DNA of 64,000 nt from a virus, in the IMG/VR virus record IMGVR_UViG_3300025853_000041, positions 41,182-105,181 of that record, one strand, 5' to 3'. Below are positions 17,601 to 27,744 of this stretch, one piece after another (the stretch's first letter is position 1; every line of letters begins with the position of its first letter). The notes beneath the pieces are model-generated. The model was not told where the DNA came from. It was given only the letters and a program-made list of their open reading frames with translations, and made no database searches. A program made the translations under genes and the position numbers.

Positions 17601-20600
17601 AAGCTGCTCCAATAGTAGAAGAACCCACAGAAGAGGTTAGCCCTGAGGACAGTCCAGAGACTGTTGAGGGGAATGAAATCACTGATACTGGCATCCCAGA
17701 GGCTGCACCTCCTGTGACTACAACTCCATTTGGCACTGTCTCAACAGATAGAAACCAAGAAGTTGAAATGTTAGCAGAGGAATTCAAAGAAGCAGTATCA
17801 GAAGATATGGAAACTATTGAAGGTATGATTGAAGATGCACCTGAAGCTCCACCTATGGACATTTTTATGGACATGGATGAAGATGAGATGATTGAATCTT
17901 TAGGAGGTAAAAATCAAGGTAATCCTTTAGTAAGTATAGGTAACAAGATGAAAGATTTTGTTGCAAAGGCTAAGAAAACCACAGGTAGAGATGTAACTTT
18001 TGAAGATTTCTTATTAGCTGTTGCTGGTAGAGGACCAATATCTGATTACAAAAGCTACTTAACCTTATTTGCAAATGCTTGGAGCAATGCAGGTTTAGGT
18101 CAAGTAAATGCTCAAGAAAAGTATATAGCTGCAGTTGAGATGGCAAACCTACTTAATGAAAAAATTGAGATGGCTACCAATGAAGTTCTAGAAATATCTC
18201 CAGAGCAAACTAAAAAATTAGAAACAGAAGAAAAAGCTTTAGGTTTAACAACCACTGAAACAGAGGTAGTTAATCGTGATGCTAATGGAATTCCTGTTGT
18301 TACTCAAAAAAGAGATAATGTCTTTGACGAGATTTACAAGATTAATAATGCTGCACTTGAGTTTACAGAAGAAGAAGTAACTGACCCTGAAACAGGAGAG
18401 GTATATATTCGTAGAACTACTGCTCCTATTGCAAAAAGAAATGAAGAAGCAGGCACAAATATTAATAATCTTGTACATCCTGACAAAAATAATAAAGGAG
18501 ATATTGTCACTGTTCCTAAACCTGTCCCAGAAGAGATAGGAAGTATTATGGTTTCAGTGAGAAATGATAAAGGAAGAACAGTTAAAAGAATATCTTTTGC
18601 AGAATGGGCTGAAGAGAATAGAGGAGACATGAGTATGGAAGAATTCTCTGAAACTGATGAATACATTGCAAAAGTTCCTATGTTTTATGTAGATAGTGAA
18701 GGACAAAAAATAGGCTGGGTAGCAGAGGCTGACTGGTTTAACCCTTCAACTGAAGGAGAAATGTCTGAAGCTGACAGAAACAACATTAAAGTAAGTAACC
18801 TTTCTGGAACTGAATTAGCTGAAATCGAAAGAAAAAAGCAAAGTGCTCTTTCATTAAGAAAAGAAATCTTAGCAGGGAATGTAGAACAATTTGAAATAGT
18901 TTCAGATGGTACTTCATTTGTTAGGTTATACTTCAAACAAGATGAAGAAGGTAACACTATACCTCCAAAACCTTTATCTGAGGTAGCTCCTGATAGTCAG
19001 ATAGCAATAATGGGAGTTAATGGTCTGCATTTTGTAGATGGTCAAACTCAAATTAGTACTGATGATATAATCAATTGGGGAGACAGTGATTCTGGTTTCT
19101 CAAGAAAAGTAGAAAAAGTTTCTGCTGATGGGAAATCTAAAAAGTTTGTTGTAGAGAATGCTAATAAAGCTGTATATCTTCAACATGTAGCTACTGTCAA
19201 TGGAGTTAAAAAATATGAGATTAGTCTCACTCAAAGACAAAATGATGAAAATGGTGCAGGTGTACCTAAATCAGTAATTGAGACTGTAAGAATTTTGGCT
19301 GCTGCTAATACTATTTTAATGAATGATACCTTTAGTGTTAAAAAACCTGGTAACATTCCTTTCATTGCTAAGGATAATCCTTATAGAATGACAAAAGAGC
19401 AAGCTCAACAGATTCATGATAAAGTTAAAAAAGAAACAGGACTTTCTTTATCTACATCTCTAAATGAGTTGATAGAAGGACTTGTTAACATTAAAGATGC
19501 TAAGGGAGGAAAAGTGAGTAGTGGTCTTACAATAGCTAGTCTATCTAACAGGTGGGACAAAGATAATGGTCATGCTGTTAAAGATTCACAGTTTGTTGAG
19601 AATACTAAATTTGGTAGAGACACACATTTAGGTAAAATTGTATCTATTGCTAAAACAGATAATGGACAATTTGAAGTAAATGTTATTGCAGAAAGTTATA
19701 TTGACTACTTAAAGGACACACATAAGACTAATATGATGGGTTACAATGTAGGCACAAGTGATAATCCTGTATATACTCCTGCTATTCAACAAGCAGTTAG
19801 AATCAAGCCAATCAGAAAAGTAAAACCAGTTAATGAAATTGTAGAAGAAAACACTACTGCTCCTACTGTTATACAAAAAACAGAGAAGATTGTAGAAGAA
19901 GTTAACAATATGGATGAAATTGCTGAGGTTTTGGATATTGAAGTGGAAACCAAAACTGAAGAGCAAAAAGTTGCAAGAGAGGCTGCTTTAAATAAAGCCA
20001 TTGCTACTATTGAAGCTCTTGGAGGTCAGGTAAACACTGTTGAAGAAAGTGATGAACTTATTGTTTCTGAAATGACTTCAGCACAAAATGTTACTGATTC
20101 AATATTAATTACTGAAGGATTAACAGTAGAACAAGAAGAAGACCTTATTGGTAGTCTTGCTGCTGAACTGGCAGATAAAAACGCTGATTATAAGCAGATA
20201 ATGATGAACCTAAATAGTGATTTAGCTCATGCAAATACTGCTATTACTAATTCTAAAAATGATTTAATTGATTTTAAAGGTAATCCTACTGTGGATGCTG
20301 TGTTAAATTCTTTAAATACTTTGAGCACACAAATTCAAAAAGTAAGAGAGAATAGAGATAGGCTGTTAGCTGAAGCTTCTGATAGAGGCAGAAGAGACAG
20401 TTTTGTTGTTGATGTTTATGAGGAGACAGAAGGAATGTCTGAAAAAGATTATGGTAAAAAAAGTAATGAAGCATTACCAGTAGATAAACTGGGGACTGCT
20501 TTGAAAAGAATATTTGCTAAAGTAGAAACAGGGCAAAAAGGATTCTTAGGTAGAAATAAAATTGCACCATTTAAAAGTATGTATGATACTGTTTTATTAA

Positions 20601-23600
20601 CACTATCTGAATCTATTGGAGCAACAACAGACTTTAAAGATATGATGAATATCTTAAGAGAATACTCTGATAGTAACTATTGGATGAAATCTTTAATTGA
20701 AAAATTAGAGGCTTCTGATGAACAAATACAAAATGCTTTTGTTTATAACATGCATGCTCAAAAAGTTACAGCTTATTTTTCAGGTTTTACTCAAAACAAT
20801 AATACTTTGAATGCTACATTTTATGAGAGTAATTCAAATTCTGCAGTGAGAGCCATTAAAAGAAACTGGCAAGATAACTTTAATAGAACTGCATTAAATG
20901 ATATGGGTCAATTGAACTTGGAAGAGGTTAATAGGCTATACAATGAATACTTAAGTTGGGGTAAAAGTCCTGAGAAACAAGATTCTGACACTTTAAGATA
21001 TTGGTTAGACAACTTTGGTATTCGTTTATCAGAGAAGACCATGGAACAGCTTATGTTAGGAGAACTAAGGATTGTAAAAGATGGTGTAGCAGTTAAGCAA
21101 CCATTTAAGGCTTTATTTGAGCATTCTGCAGGTGTATTCAATATTTTGAATGAATACCTTATAAAAAACAAAGATGCAAAAGGAGACTTAGGTTTCAGCA
21201 CAAACACAAAATTAAATCCTTTCAGTGATATGCACTCTTTATTAGAGCAATTAGCATATCTGGAAGCTAAAAATAATAATAAATATGCCAGTACTACAAG
21301 AAGGTCAGGTGGTAAAACTTTATCTGAAGTAGAGAATATGACATATTTTTACCAACAAATAAGAAAACTTAAAAACTCAGTATTGAGTAAAAACAGTTAT
21401 GTTGATAAATTAAGAAAAACAAGCTTTGCTCAAGATTCTTATATGTTGAGAATGCTTAAAGAAGACCCTGAATTTGTTGAAGCTTTTGACCATGGTTTGA
21501 TGGACCTTATGGCATTGAAAGATATCTATAAAGATTCTCCAATGTTTGCAAGTATAGAAGAATTAAGTGAAGAAGATTATCAATTAGCTTTAAGAATTGC
21601 ATTCCAAGCTAAAGGTAGAGATGCAAAAATGGACAAGAAAACTGGTTTTAAAATCAGATTATCAAACATGAATACTCTAACCAATTCTGATAAAGGTAGA
21701 ATGGTAATGTTGAAAACTTTTGTCTATGATTTTTTCAGAAGTGAACAAGCTTTTGATAAAGACGAAAAGGGGAACTTCGTATTTTCTGATAATTTGAATG
21801 AATTGATGTGGAATGATTATGTGATGCCTGAATTAAGAAGAATGCACACTTTCATTAATTCAAATCAAGTGACTGATATCAAAGGATATTCAGAGGGAGC
21901 TGTTAGATTTAATGTGTTCCCTGTCCTTAATACTATTACAAACAAAAAAGGGCAAACTATAAAAGAAGCTATTGAAGCTGGAGCCAGTTTAGAACAAATT
22001 AAAGAACAGTTTAAAACTGATGCCACTAAAGAAGTAGAGAAAAATACTTTTGCAGAAGCTGAAAAAGTTTCAACTAAAAGAAAAACTAATAATGATGCAG
22101 AATATTTGGCAGGAAGAAAAGTTGGAACTCCTGAAGAAAAAAACTTTTTAGCTGAAGTTGATTTTATTTTGAATTCTAAACTGAGTTCAATGAATTATAT
22201 GCAAATGGTTGCAGGAGACCCAGCATTATACTATAAATCAAAAGCTGACAGTACCTCCAAAAATTTAAAAGAGGCTACTAAAGCTTCTATGCAAAGTGCT
22301 ATTAACCTTGGTAAAAGGATGGCAGCAATGATTGCACCAGGAAAGAATTTAGCCAACTCAAAAGGAAACAAGTATATTCAATTATTTATGGATGACATAT
22401 ATGGGTCAGCTTCTAATTTAGAAGACATTATAGGTTGGCACTATCCTGTTGAAGAGATTGATGAGATGAATCCTGAAACAAAGATGTCTTACAGAGCAAT
22501 GATTAAAGTTTCTGTATCAGGAGACACTAAATATGACAAGATATTGAAAGCACAGTTTGATACTGTTTCAGATTTTATTGGAATTGAATCTACTGATGCT
22601 CAAGAATACTCAAGTGTTAAAGAACATCTTTATATCCTTGAAAAGCAAGGACGTTTACCTCAAGAGACAATTAATGAAATTCGTGAAAAGATTGATATGC
22701 AGCATAAATTTTACCACACTAAATCTAATGTGGGTAAACCTATTCCTGCTGAGTTGTCTTTGAGCACTATAATTAACAGCAAAAATAAAGCAATTGATGG
22801 TAAAACACAATTAGAGATTTTATTACAACCTATTAAGCCTGTTTATACAGGTAGTATGTTAGAAGGAGATGTGAATAGAATAGTCTATATAAAAACCTCA
22901 TCTTTCCCTTTAATACCTGAACTGACTGCTGGAACTAAGTTAGATAAACTTAGAGTACAAATGGAAAGAATAGAGCTTGAAACAGGAAAAACAGTGAGAG
23001 CTGTACACCATTCAGGAGCTAAAGTAGGTGGTTTTACTGCTGATAAAACTATAACTAACTTTGATGATGTAATTACAGCAGAAAATCATATGGTCTTAGA
23101 TAGAGAACATTTTAAAATTCAGCAGGATGTTCCAAGTAAAGCTGGAAAACCTCAAGATGATTATGTATCTATGGGTACTCAAATCTTTAAACTTTTATTT
23201 GGAGATGGTATTGATACTATGGAAGGGTTTGAATTTGATGGAGAACCTATTACAGGACAGGAACTTAAAGAGAAATTTTTCCAAACATTCTCAGGAATGG
23301 TAAATATGAAAAGAGGAGATTTATTAGAATCTTTAGGTTTGGACAAAAATATGGTTCCTAAAAATCTTGCAAAATCAAAAGAATTATTACAGAAACTACT
23401 TATTGCTGAAGCTAAGAGTAGAGGTTTTGCCAAGCAGGACCTTAAAGCTTTAGAGTTAGTAGGAAAAAATAAAAACTTTAGATTGCCACTATGGGCTTCA
23501 GGAAACAGTAATAAGTTTGAAGCAATGTTAAATGCATTAATCAATAATAAAATCTTCAGACAAAAGATTCCAGGTAACAAGTTTGTTACTGCTTCTGAAG

Positions 23601-26600
23601 GAAACATGGAGCTCCAAGAGGGGATTGAAGGATACCAACATATGAGTAAAGTAATTCGTATTGGAAACTATAAAGGAGGAGAGCTACAAAGTACAACCAC
23701 AAAAGATGGTAAACTACTTAAAGCTCAAGTACTTATGCCTTCAAGAATAAAATTAGGAGGAAGATTAGTTGATATCTTTGACGACTTTATAGAAGAAACT
23801 GGAGAGGGTACTTACATTAAGTTAGTAGATGGAGCATATCAATTGAAGACTGAAATGATGGATGAAAAACTATTAGAACAGTTTGTATTTAGAATCCCTA
23901 CTTCTTCTCATGGTTTAGGCTCAGCAGTTGAAATTGCAGGATTCCTTCCACCAGAGTCAGGAGATTTAGTTATAACTCCTAAAAGTTTTGTTGCTCAAAT
24001 GGGTCAAGATTTTGATATTGATGCTTTAACAGCATATCAATATAATCATGTAGTGAGAGAAGATGGAAGAATTGAAAAATTAACTCAAGAGAACAAAGAT
24101 GTATATTTAGAAGAAAAGAAAAGACAAATTGCTGATTTAGAACAATCTATCAGACAAAATGGTAAATATGGTCCTGAGACTGCAATATTATTTAATGATA
24201 TTTTAGCTTCATTATTAGGAGAAGAAGAAAGTTTAGCTTTCAATATGTATCCTGAAACTGAAGAGGAATTACAAGAAGCTATCAAAAAGCTTAAATCTGA
24301 GATTCCTAAAAACATGGATAAGAAACTATTAGAAAATGACTTTATTCAAATTCATATTTCTGTATTCTCTAATCCAGCAGCTCAACAAAAAATAAACAAA
24401 GCTTTATCTATGGCATTTGCTGAAGGACAGGCTGAAGATATTGAAGAACTTATTCAAAGTCTTGAGGAAGAGGGTACGACATTTGACATGTTGTCTCCTG
24501 AATATCAAAGAGTTAAAATGGATAATGGTTCAACAGGGCAGGTTGCTATTGGTATTTACGCCAAAGCAATTACCTTACACAGTAATATGCAACAAGCTTT
24601 AGTAAAAGGTGGTGTGCATCTTACACGAAAAGTATTTAAGAATGGTAAGCTAAAGAAAACAAGAGCTGGGATTGCAATTGGTAATCTCTACTCTTCTGGA
24701 AACTTTGGTACAGATATGACAATATCAAATTCTAAGAATAAAACTATTTTAGGTTTAAGAAGAGCTATCTCAACAGTGTTAGATGAAAGAGCAAATACTG
24801 CAACAGATAATGAAAAAGCACAAATTTTGGGTAAAACTGGTTTGAACCATAAGAGTGCAATTGCTGTTGATAGTATGTTGGCTATGTTAGGTTTTGATGC
24901 TGAGCACCAAATTATAGGGAAAGCATCAGGTTATACTGCGACAGAAAAACCTTCAGAATTTAATGAGGATAATCCATTTCATAGAAGCAAAAAGATTGCA
25001 GGTGGTAAAACAATTTACTATAAAGAATATTCTATACCTTATCTTCTACACTCTCAACCTATTGTGAAGGAATTCTTTGCTTTACTTGGAGAGAAAGAGT
25101 CGATTAGTGCTGAAGAATTCTCTATGAATCCAAAAGGAGAGGTTATACAAGAACTAATTCTTAAGTATGGTGGACCAGAATATACCATAGTAAATGGAGA
25201 GTATGGTATAATGATACCTGCACAAGATGGCACAGATAGAATGTACTTTGAATCTTCACAAAGAAATGAAGAGTTTACAGGACAGAGATTAGCTGACAAT
25301 ATAAAATTAGGAGATAAGGCAGACACTATACAACAATTAGAGATTCTTGCTTTATATACTCAATTAATGACAGATGCTGATGGGATTAAAGAAGCTAACA
25401 AACATGTTGACCTGGATAACTTAGGAAAATCAATGTGGGAGTCTTCTACAAAAGAAGAGGAATTTAGAGAATATTTTACAAACCTAGAGGCTAATTCTAA
25501 TCTTGAAGGTATTGAAAATCTTGTAGGAGAATTCTATGAGAGATTTGAAGTTGAACAGATGGAAGAGGCTGACCAAGAGGGATTATTATATTTAGGAGAT
25601 AATATCTTCTTAAAACCTACTACTAATCAGGGAGTTATGATTGGCTCAGCTTTATCTTTAAGTGCAAATATCTTTAATGGGTTATTCCCTGCCAAGAGTG
25701 TGTACTTAAATAAAGTGGTTAATAAAATTCTTGCAAATAGCAGAATAAACCCCAATAATTCTTTTGCTGTTATTAAGGCAAAAGAGAAGATTTTTCAAGA
25801 GGTTAAAAAATATTTGACAAGTGCTGAAATACTTGGATTATTCAATACAAATGCTAAAGAAGTCAGAGAAAATCTTTTCATTGACGTTCCTGGATACAAC
25901 ACATCCTTAAGCAGTTACACTGATTATGTCTTAGCAGCAGGCTTGAAGAAAAATGAGAGTTCAGAGTATAAAGCTGGTTTAGATAAAGTGAGAGGAAACT
26001 TATTCCTTAACCTATTAAATTTCCAATATGGAGAAAATGGTAAACCATCTTTAATAACTTTCAACAATCAAGAATCTTTTGAAGCTAACCAAGAGGCTAT
26101 CTATACAGCATTTAAAGAACTTATTGCTGAAGATATATCTCTTCCAAGAATTATGAGAAATGGTAAATCAGAGTATTACTCAACAAGACTCTTGGCTCAA
26201 GAGCTTATAGCCTATTCTTATTCTTCTGGAGGTGTTATTCAAGGAGCAGTAGAATTTCATAAATTCTTGCCAATTGAATATTTAGATGATATGGTCACTA
26301 AAACTGCTCAAGGAAAAGAAATGACACCTTCAACAGTTCTTAGAAGATTCCACACACTATTCAACAATGATGATAATAATGTGGTATTCTTAGAAGAGTT
26401 TGAGCAACAGTTTTACCAGAACAATCCAGGGATGGCAGCTCAACATAAGTTGAAAAGAAGTCCTATCAAAGAAGGTGGAGAGTTTTACACTCTTAAATTT
26501 TCTACTGAAGGACCATTACCAACATATATTTCTGAAAGAGCACCAAATGTAGGAGGCAAAAACAGAAGTAAGCTTAAACAACATCAGTGGAAACTGTATA

Positions 26601-27739
26601 AATTAGATAGTGCATCTAAAGTGTACTATCCAATTACCACTTTAGGAACTTTTGGTATGGCTGAATATGAATATCAAAATCAAAACTTAACTTCAAGTAT
26701 GCTTGAAAAAGAGTTTGTCAATAATAAAGCTTCAGGAATAGAGGTTCAAATGAGAGAAGATGATATTTTAGGGGAACTTCCTGGGGAGGGCACACCTTTA
26801 GTTGATGCAGTTGGTATGATTGCCAATGGCGAGTTTGGAGATAGTCAAAGACTAATCCAAATAGCTAAGTTTATTGGACCATTATTGAAAACTCAAGACA
26901 CTCTTAAGTATAATCAAGGGAATGTATTTGCTAAAGGTAGTACAGGAAAGAAAACTGGGCAGGTTTCACTTAACACTGATAAAATTAGTTCAAGAGAAGA
27001 TTATGCAATTACACTATTGCATGAGTCTCTTCATAATTTGACTTCTAGGTTTATGACAGAATTCCTTAATGAAGATGGCACTGTTAAGAAAAATGCTCCA
27101 AGTGAAATGTACACTTTTATGAATGTTTATAATCAGTATAAAACAGAGTTAAGAAAACTTGACCCTGATAAGTATGACCAATTCATGAAAGAATTTACTG
27201 CTTACAAGGAAAAAAGAAAGAATAATGAATCTGTGAGACCTGATGGGTTTACTTTAAAAGGTGATGAATTTGAAGCTTATTATGCTATGGTAAATCCAAA
27301 AGAATTCTTAGCAGTAACCTTATCAAATGAGAATGACCACTTTAAAAAGTTAGCAAATCAAATGGATTATTATTCAAAAGTAAAAGGATTTAGAAACAAA
27401 TTAGTAGATATTATTACAAGAATCGTTAATATAATCGCTAAAAGAGAGAATTTACGAGAAAATTCAGTAGCTTTGCAGGCGATACAAGAAAGCCTGATGG
27501 TAGTTAAAGCTGGTTCAAAGTTTAATTACCAAGCTCAGAAAAGTATAACTCCAGACTTTATGCCTCCTGATATTAGAGATGACATCGGAATGCCTGCTGG
27601 AAGATTAGCAGAAATAGAGGCAATGATGTTACAGGATTCTCAATTACAAGAATTACCTGAAGGTTTCATGCCTGAAGGTGCTTCAGCAGGAGCTTCTTTC
27701 TTAAGTGTTACAGAAGACATAAATAACAAATGTAAATAA
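14660..27739 (+). CDS. Giant virion-packaged RNA polymerase polyprotein (two-barrel, crAss-type) with C-terminal zincin
   Basis: FRIPT...MGQDFDIDAL catalytic motif at 24008-24022; STDAQEY and QPIKPVY motifs; HESLH at 27020-27034 followed by a KEFLA motif. Confidence 0.9.
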   Translation: MNEEDILQLKLAGYIVENGNILSPEGQFLSNVEVNGKAYNSLDSEEDYNYLKEAEETILSDRTAAEEAKNQQKEKITQYEANPLIFADLDDVSDEVFTEYMDKKAEDNEPGAYMLKDDLIAEKKSEAIQEDLVNNLETGEPLSTNTIFTEIQKDTMFQDKGINFDILKEVLPTENRIKEIENVDEDVDTILKGVTSEKKDKDRNIFSKLGDWMWDGIYSGIAALTPDGVGMDDKDLKKEYVGLNEKRKNLLKPEIAKISNVLKEELDFYNKDYEENYSNAGALFGREDQDINNYVRRQLQSKINYLDSFVDDANVYNLISEEFLTDVGTLGLRDAHDAVKYRAHLIGKLENGEELTPTEQRAVENLGRIDLLGGLDLEQSTLYNLTYGAGHSVSYLAGGVFGRMAGKVVGKGIAKGVTGAVGSNFASKLATAGGKQVVKESIGRTVGLVGDIATQATLHTSNLANTIDNYYGTVHMGFDEDGNKVLETDRMQYESVQRDITLYEDALNSGLVPEDQLEATKSNLKYLKQMFSEMKEPQTVGGALAKSWTGNFVESASEVATLNVLKGIPNNLVTRKLTEGLRKTPTWKNLVSKTKSFTAGPTNILNKINKPFPKTMEALNSFSGNRLGNVTIGGNLEEALEEVAVQVVPVWGETDKEAAARKDELLHGSFYFNVLAQAPLQKIIMSPVGTAIRGKNYINRKLDADYRQTKKNFNELMKDLQKGGLEKEEFDEILMAAGSGNFSQLEYKNKIKELDERGETVQANKIRENRIFNAAFMAMKHGKGKEFISALEKSLAKQQAPTTIPTQKEAATIAATIQAITEAKAVQKSMKKVEGLPNAEFILNLEYNKRNLEKNKEGIRAELSAIDASELLSDEQKEGQRLMWDGLMEDTEKGLRVLNKKIEGEKSPTKIKRYKDEASMMVFAKRHLEQQKKEGVEQMSLETAIEEAYGKSISNSSKKKVLKTMEAVEILQIAQQEAKEKAAPIVEEPTEEVSPEDSPETVEGNEITDTGIPEAAPPVTTTPFGTVSTDRNQEVEMLAEEFKEAVSEDMETIEGMIEDAPEAPPMDIFMDMDEDEMIESLGGKNQGNPLVSIGNKMKDFVAKAKKTTGRDVTFEDFLLAVAGRGPISDYKSYLTLFANAWSNAGLGQVNAQEKYIAAVEMANLLNEKIEMATNEVLEISPEQTKKLETEEKALGLTTTETEVVNRDANGIPVVTQKRDNVFDEIYKINNAALEFTEEEVTDPETGEVYIRRTTAPIAKRNEEAGTNINNLVHPDKNNKGDIVTVPKPVPEEIGSIMVSVRNDKGRTVKRISFAEWAEENRGDMSMEEFSETDEYIAKVPMFYVDSEGQKIGWVAEADWFNPSTEGEMSEADRNNIKVSNLSGTELAEIERKKQSALSLRKEILAGNVEQFEIVSDGTSFVRLYFKQDEEGNTIPPKPLSEVAPDSQIAIMGVNGLHFVDGQTQISTDDIINWGDSDSGFSRKVEKVSADGKSKKFVVENANKAVYLQHVATVNGVKKYEISLTQRQNDENGAGVPKSVIETVRILAAANTILMNDTFSVKKPGNIPFIAKDNPYRMTKEQAQQIHDKVKKETGLSLSTSLNELIEGLVNIKDAKGGKVSSGLTIASLSNRWDKDNGHAVKDSQFVENTKFGRDTHLGKIVSIAKTDNGQFEVNVIAESYIDYLKDTHKTNMMGYNVGTSDNPVYTPAIQQAVRIKPIRKVKPVNEIVEENTTAPTVIQKTEKIVEEVNNMDEIAEVLDIEVETKTEEQKVAREAALNKAIATIEALGGQVNTVEESDELIVSEMTSAQNVTDSILITEGLTVEQEEDLIGSLAAELADKNADYKQIMMNLNSDLAHANTAITNSKNDLIDFKGNPTVDAVLNSLNTLSTQIQKVRENRDRLLAEASDRGRRDSFVVDVYEETEGMSEKDYGKKSNEALPVDKLGTALKRIFAKVETGQKGFLGRNKIAPFKSMYDTVLLTLSESIGATTDFKDMMNILREYSDSNYWMKSLIEKLEASDEQIQNAFVYNMHAQKVTAYFSGFTQNNNTLNATFYESNSNSAVRAIKRNWQDNFNRTALNDMGQLNLEEVNRLYNEYLSWGKSPEKQDSDTLRYWLDNFGIRLSEKTMEQLMLGELRIVKDGVAVKQPFKALFEHSAGVFNILNEYLIKNKDAKGDLGFSTNTKLNPFSDMHSLLEQLAYLEAKNNNKYASTTRRSGGKTLSEVENMTYFYQQIRKLKNSVLSKNSYVDKLRKTSFAQDSYMLRMLKEDPEFVEAFDHGLMDLMALKDIYKDSPMFASIEELSEEDYQLALRIAFQAKGRDAKMDKKTGFKIRLSNMNTLTNSDKGRMVMLKTFVYDFFRSEQAFDKDEKGNFVFSDNLNELMWNDYVMPELRRMHTFINSNQVTDIKGYSEGAVRFNVFPVLNTITNKKGQTIKEAIEAGASLEQIKEQFKTDATKEVEKNTFAEAEKVSTKRKTNNDAEYLAGRKVGTPEEKNFLAEVDFILNSKLSSMNYMQMVAGDPALYYKSKADSTSKNLKEATKASMQSAINLGKRMAAMIAPGKNLANSKGNKYIQLFMDDIYGSASNLEDIIGWHYPVEEIDEMNPETKMSYRAMIKVSVSGDTKYDKILKAQFDTVSDFIGIESTDAQEYSSVKEHLYILEKQGRLPQETINEIREKIDMQHKFYHTKSNVGKPIPAELSLSTIINSKNKAIDGKTQLEILLQPIKPVYTGSMLEGDVNRIVYIKTSSFPLIPELTAGTKLDKLRVQMERIELETGKTVRAVHHSGAKVGGFTADKTITNFDDVITAENHMVLDREHFKIQQDVPSKAGKPQDDYVSMGTQIFKLLFGDGIDTMEGFEFDGEPITGQELKEKFFQTFSGMVNMKRGDLLESLGLDKNMVPKNLAKSKELLQKLLIAEAKSRGFAKQDLKALELVGKNKNFRLPLWASGNSNKFEAMLNALINNKIFRQKIPGNKFVTASEGNMELQEGIEGYQHMSKVIRIGNYKGGELQSTTTKDGKLLKAQVLMPSRIKLGGRLVDIFDDFIEETGEGTYIKLVDGAYQLKTEMMDEKLLEQFVFRIPTSSHGLGSAVEIAGFLPPESGDLVITPKSFVAQMGQDFDIDALTAYQYNHVVREDGRIEKLTQENKDVYLEEKKRQIADLEQSIRQNGKYGPETAILFNDILASLLGEEESLAFNMYPETEEELQEAIKKLKSEIPKNMDKKLLENDFIQIHISVFSNPAAQQKINKALSMAFAEGQAEDIEELIQSLEEEGTTFDMLSPEYQRVKMDNGSTGQVAIGIYAKAITLHSNMQQALVKGGVHLTRKVFKNGKLKKTRAGIAIGNLYSSGNFGTDMTISNSKNKTILGLRRAISTVLDERANTATDNEKAQILGKTGLNHKSAIAVDSMLAMLGFDAEHQIIGKASGYTATEKPSEFNEDNPFHRSKKIAGGKTIYYKEYSIPYLLHSQPIVKEFFALLGEKESISAEEFSMNPKGEVIQELILKYGGPEYTIVNGEYGIMIPAQDGTDRMYFESSQRNEEFTGQRLADNIKLGDKADTIQQLEILALYTQLMTDADGIKEANKHVDLDNLGKSMWESSTKEEEFREYFTNLEANSNLEGIENLVGEFYERFEVEQMEEADQEGLLYLGDNIFLKPTTNQGVMIGSALSLSANIFNGLFPAKSVYLNKVVNKILANSRINPNNSFAVIKAKEKIFQEVKKYLTSAEILGLFNTNAKEVRENLFIDVPGYNTSLSSYTDYVLAAGLKKNESSEYKAGLDKVRGNLFLNLLNFQYGENGKPSLITFNNQESFEANQEAIYTAFKELIAEDISLPRIMRNGKSEYYSTRLLAQELIAYSYSSGGVIQGAVEFHKFLPIEYLDDMVTKTAQGKEMTPSTVLRRFHTLFNNDDNNVVFLEEFEQQFYQNNPGMAAQHKLKRSPIKEGGEFYTLKFSTEGPLPTYISERAPNVGGKNRSKLKQHQWKLYKLDSASKVYYPITTLGTFGMAEYEYQNQNLTSSMLEKEFVNNKASGIEVQMREDDILGELPGEGTPLVDAVGMIANGEFGDSQRLIQIAKFIGPLLKTQDTLKYNQGNVFAKGSTGKKTGQVSLNTDKISSREDYAITLLHESLHNLTSRFMTEFLNEDGTVKKNAPSEMYTFMNVYNQYKTELRKLDPDKYDQFMKEFTAYKEKRKNNESVRPDGFTLKGDEFEAYYAMVNPKEFLAVTLSNENDHFKKLANQMDYYSKVKGFRNKLVDIITRIVNIIAKRENLRENSVALQAIQESLMVVKAGSKFNYQAQKSITPDFMPPDIRDDIGMPAGRLAEIEAMMLQDSQLQELPEGFMPEGASAGASFLSVTEDINNKCK

Positions 27740-27744
27740 TAATT

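Noticed and set aside
16270-25326. Numerous antisense ORFs in the track within large genes (also opposite the - strand genes)
   Set aside because: Ser/Leu/Phe-rich shadows of the codon bias of the real genes; no motifs.
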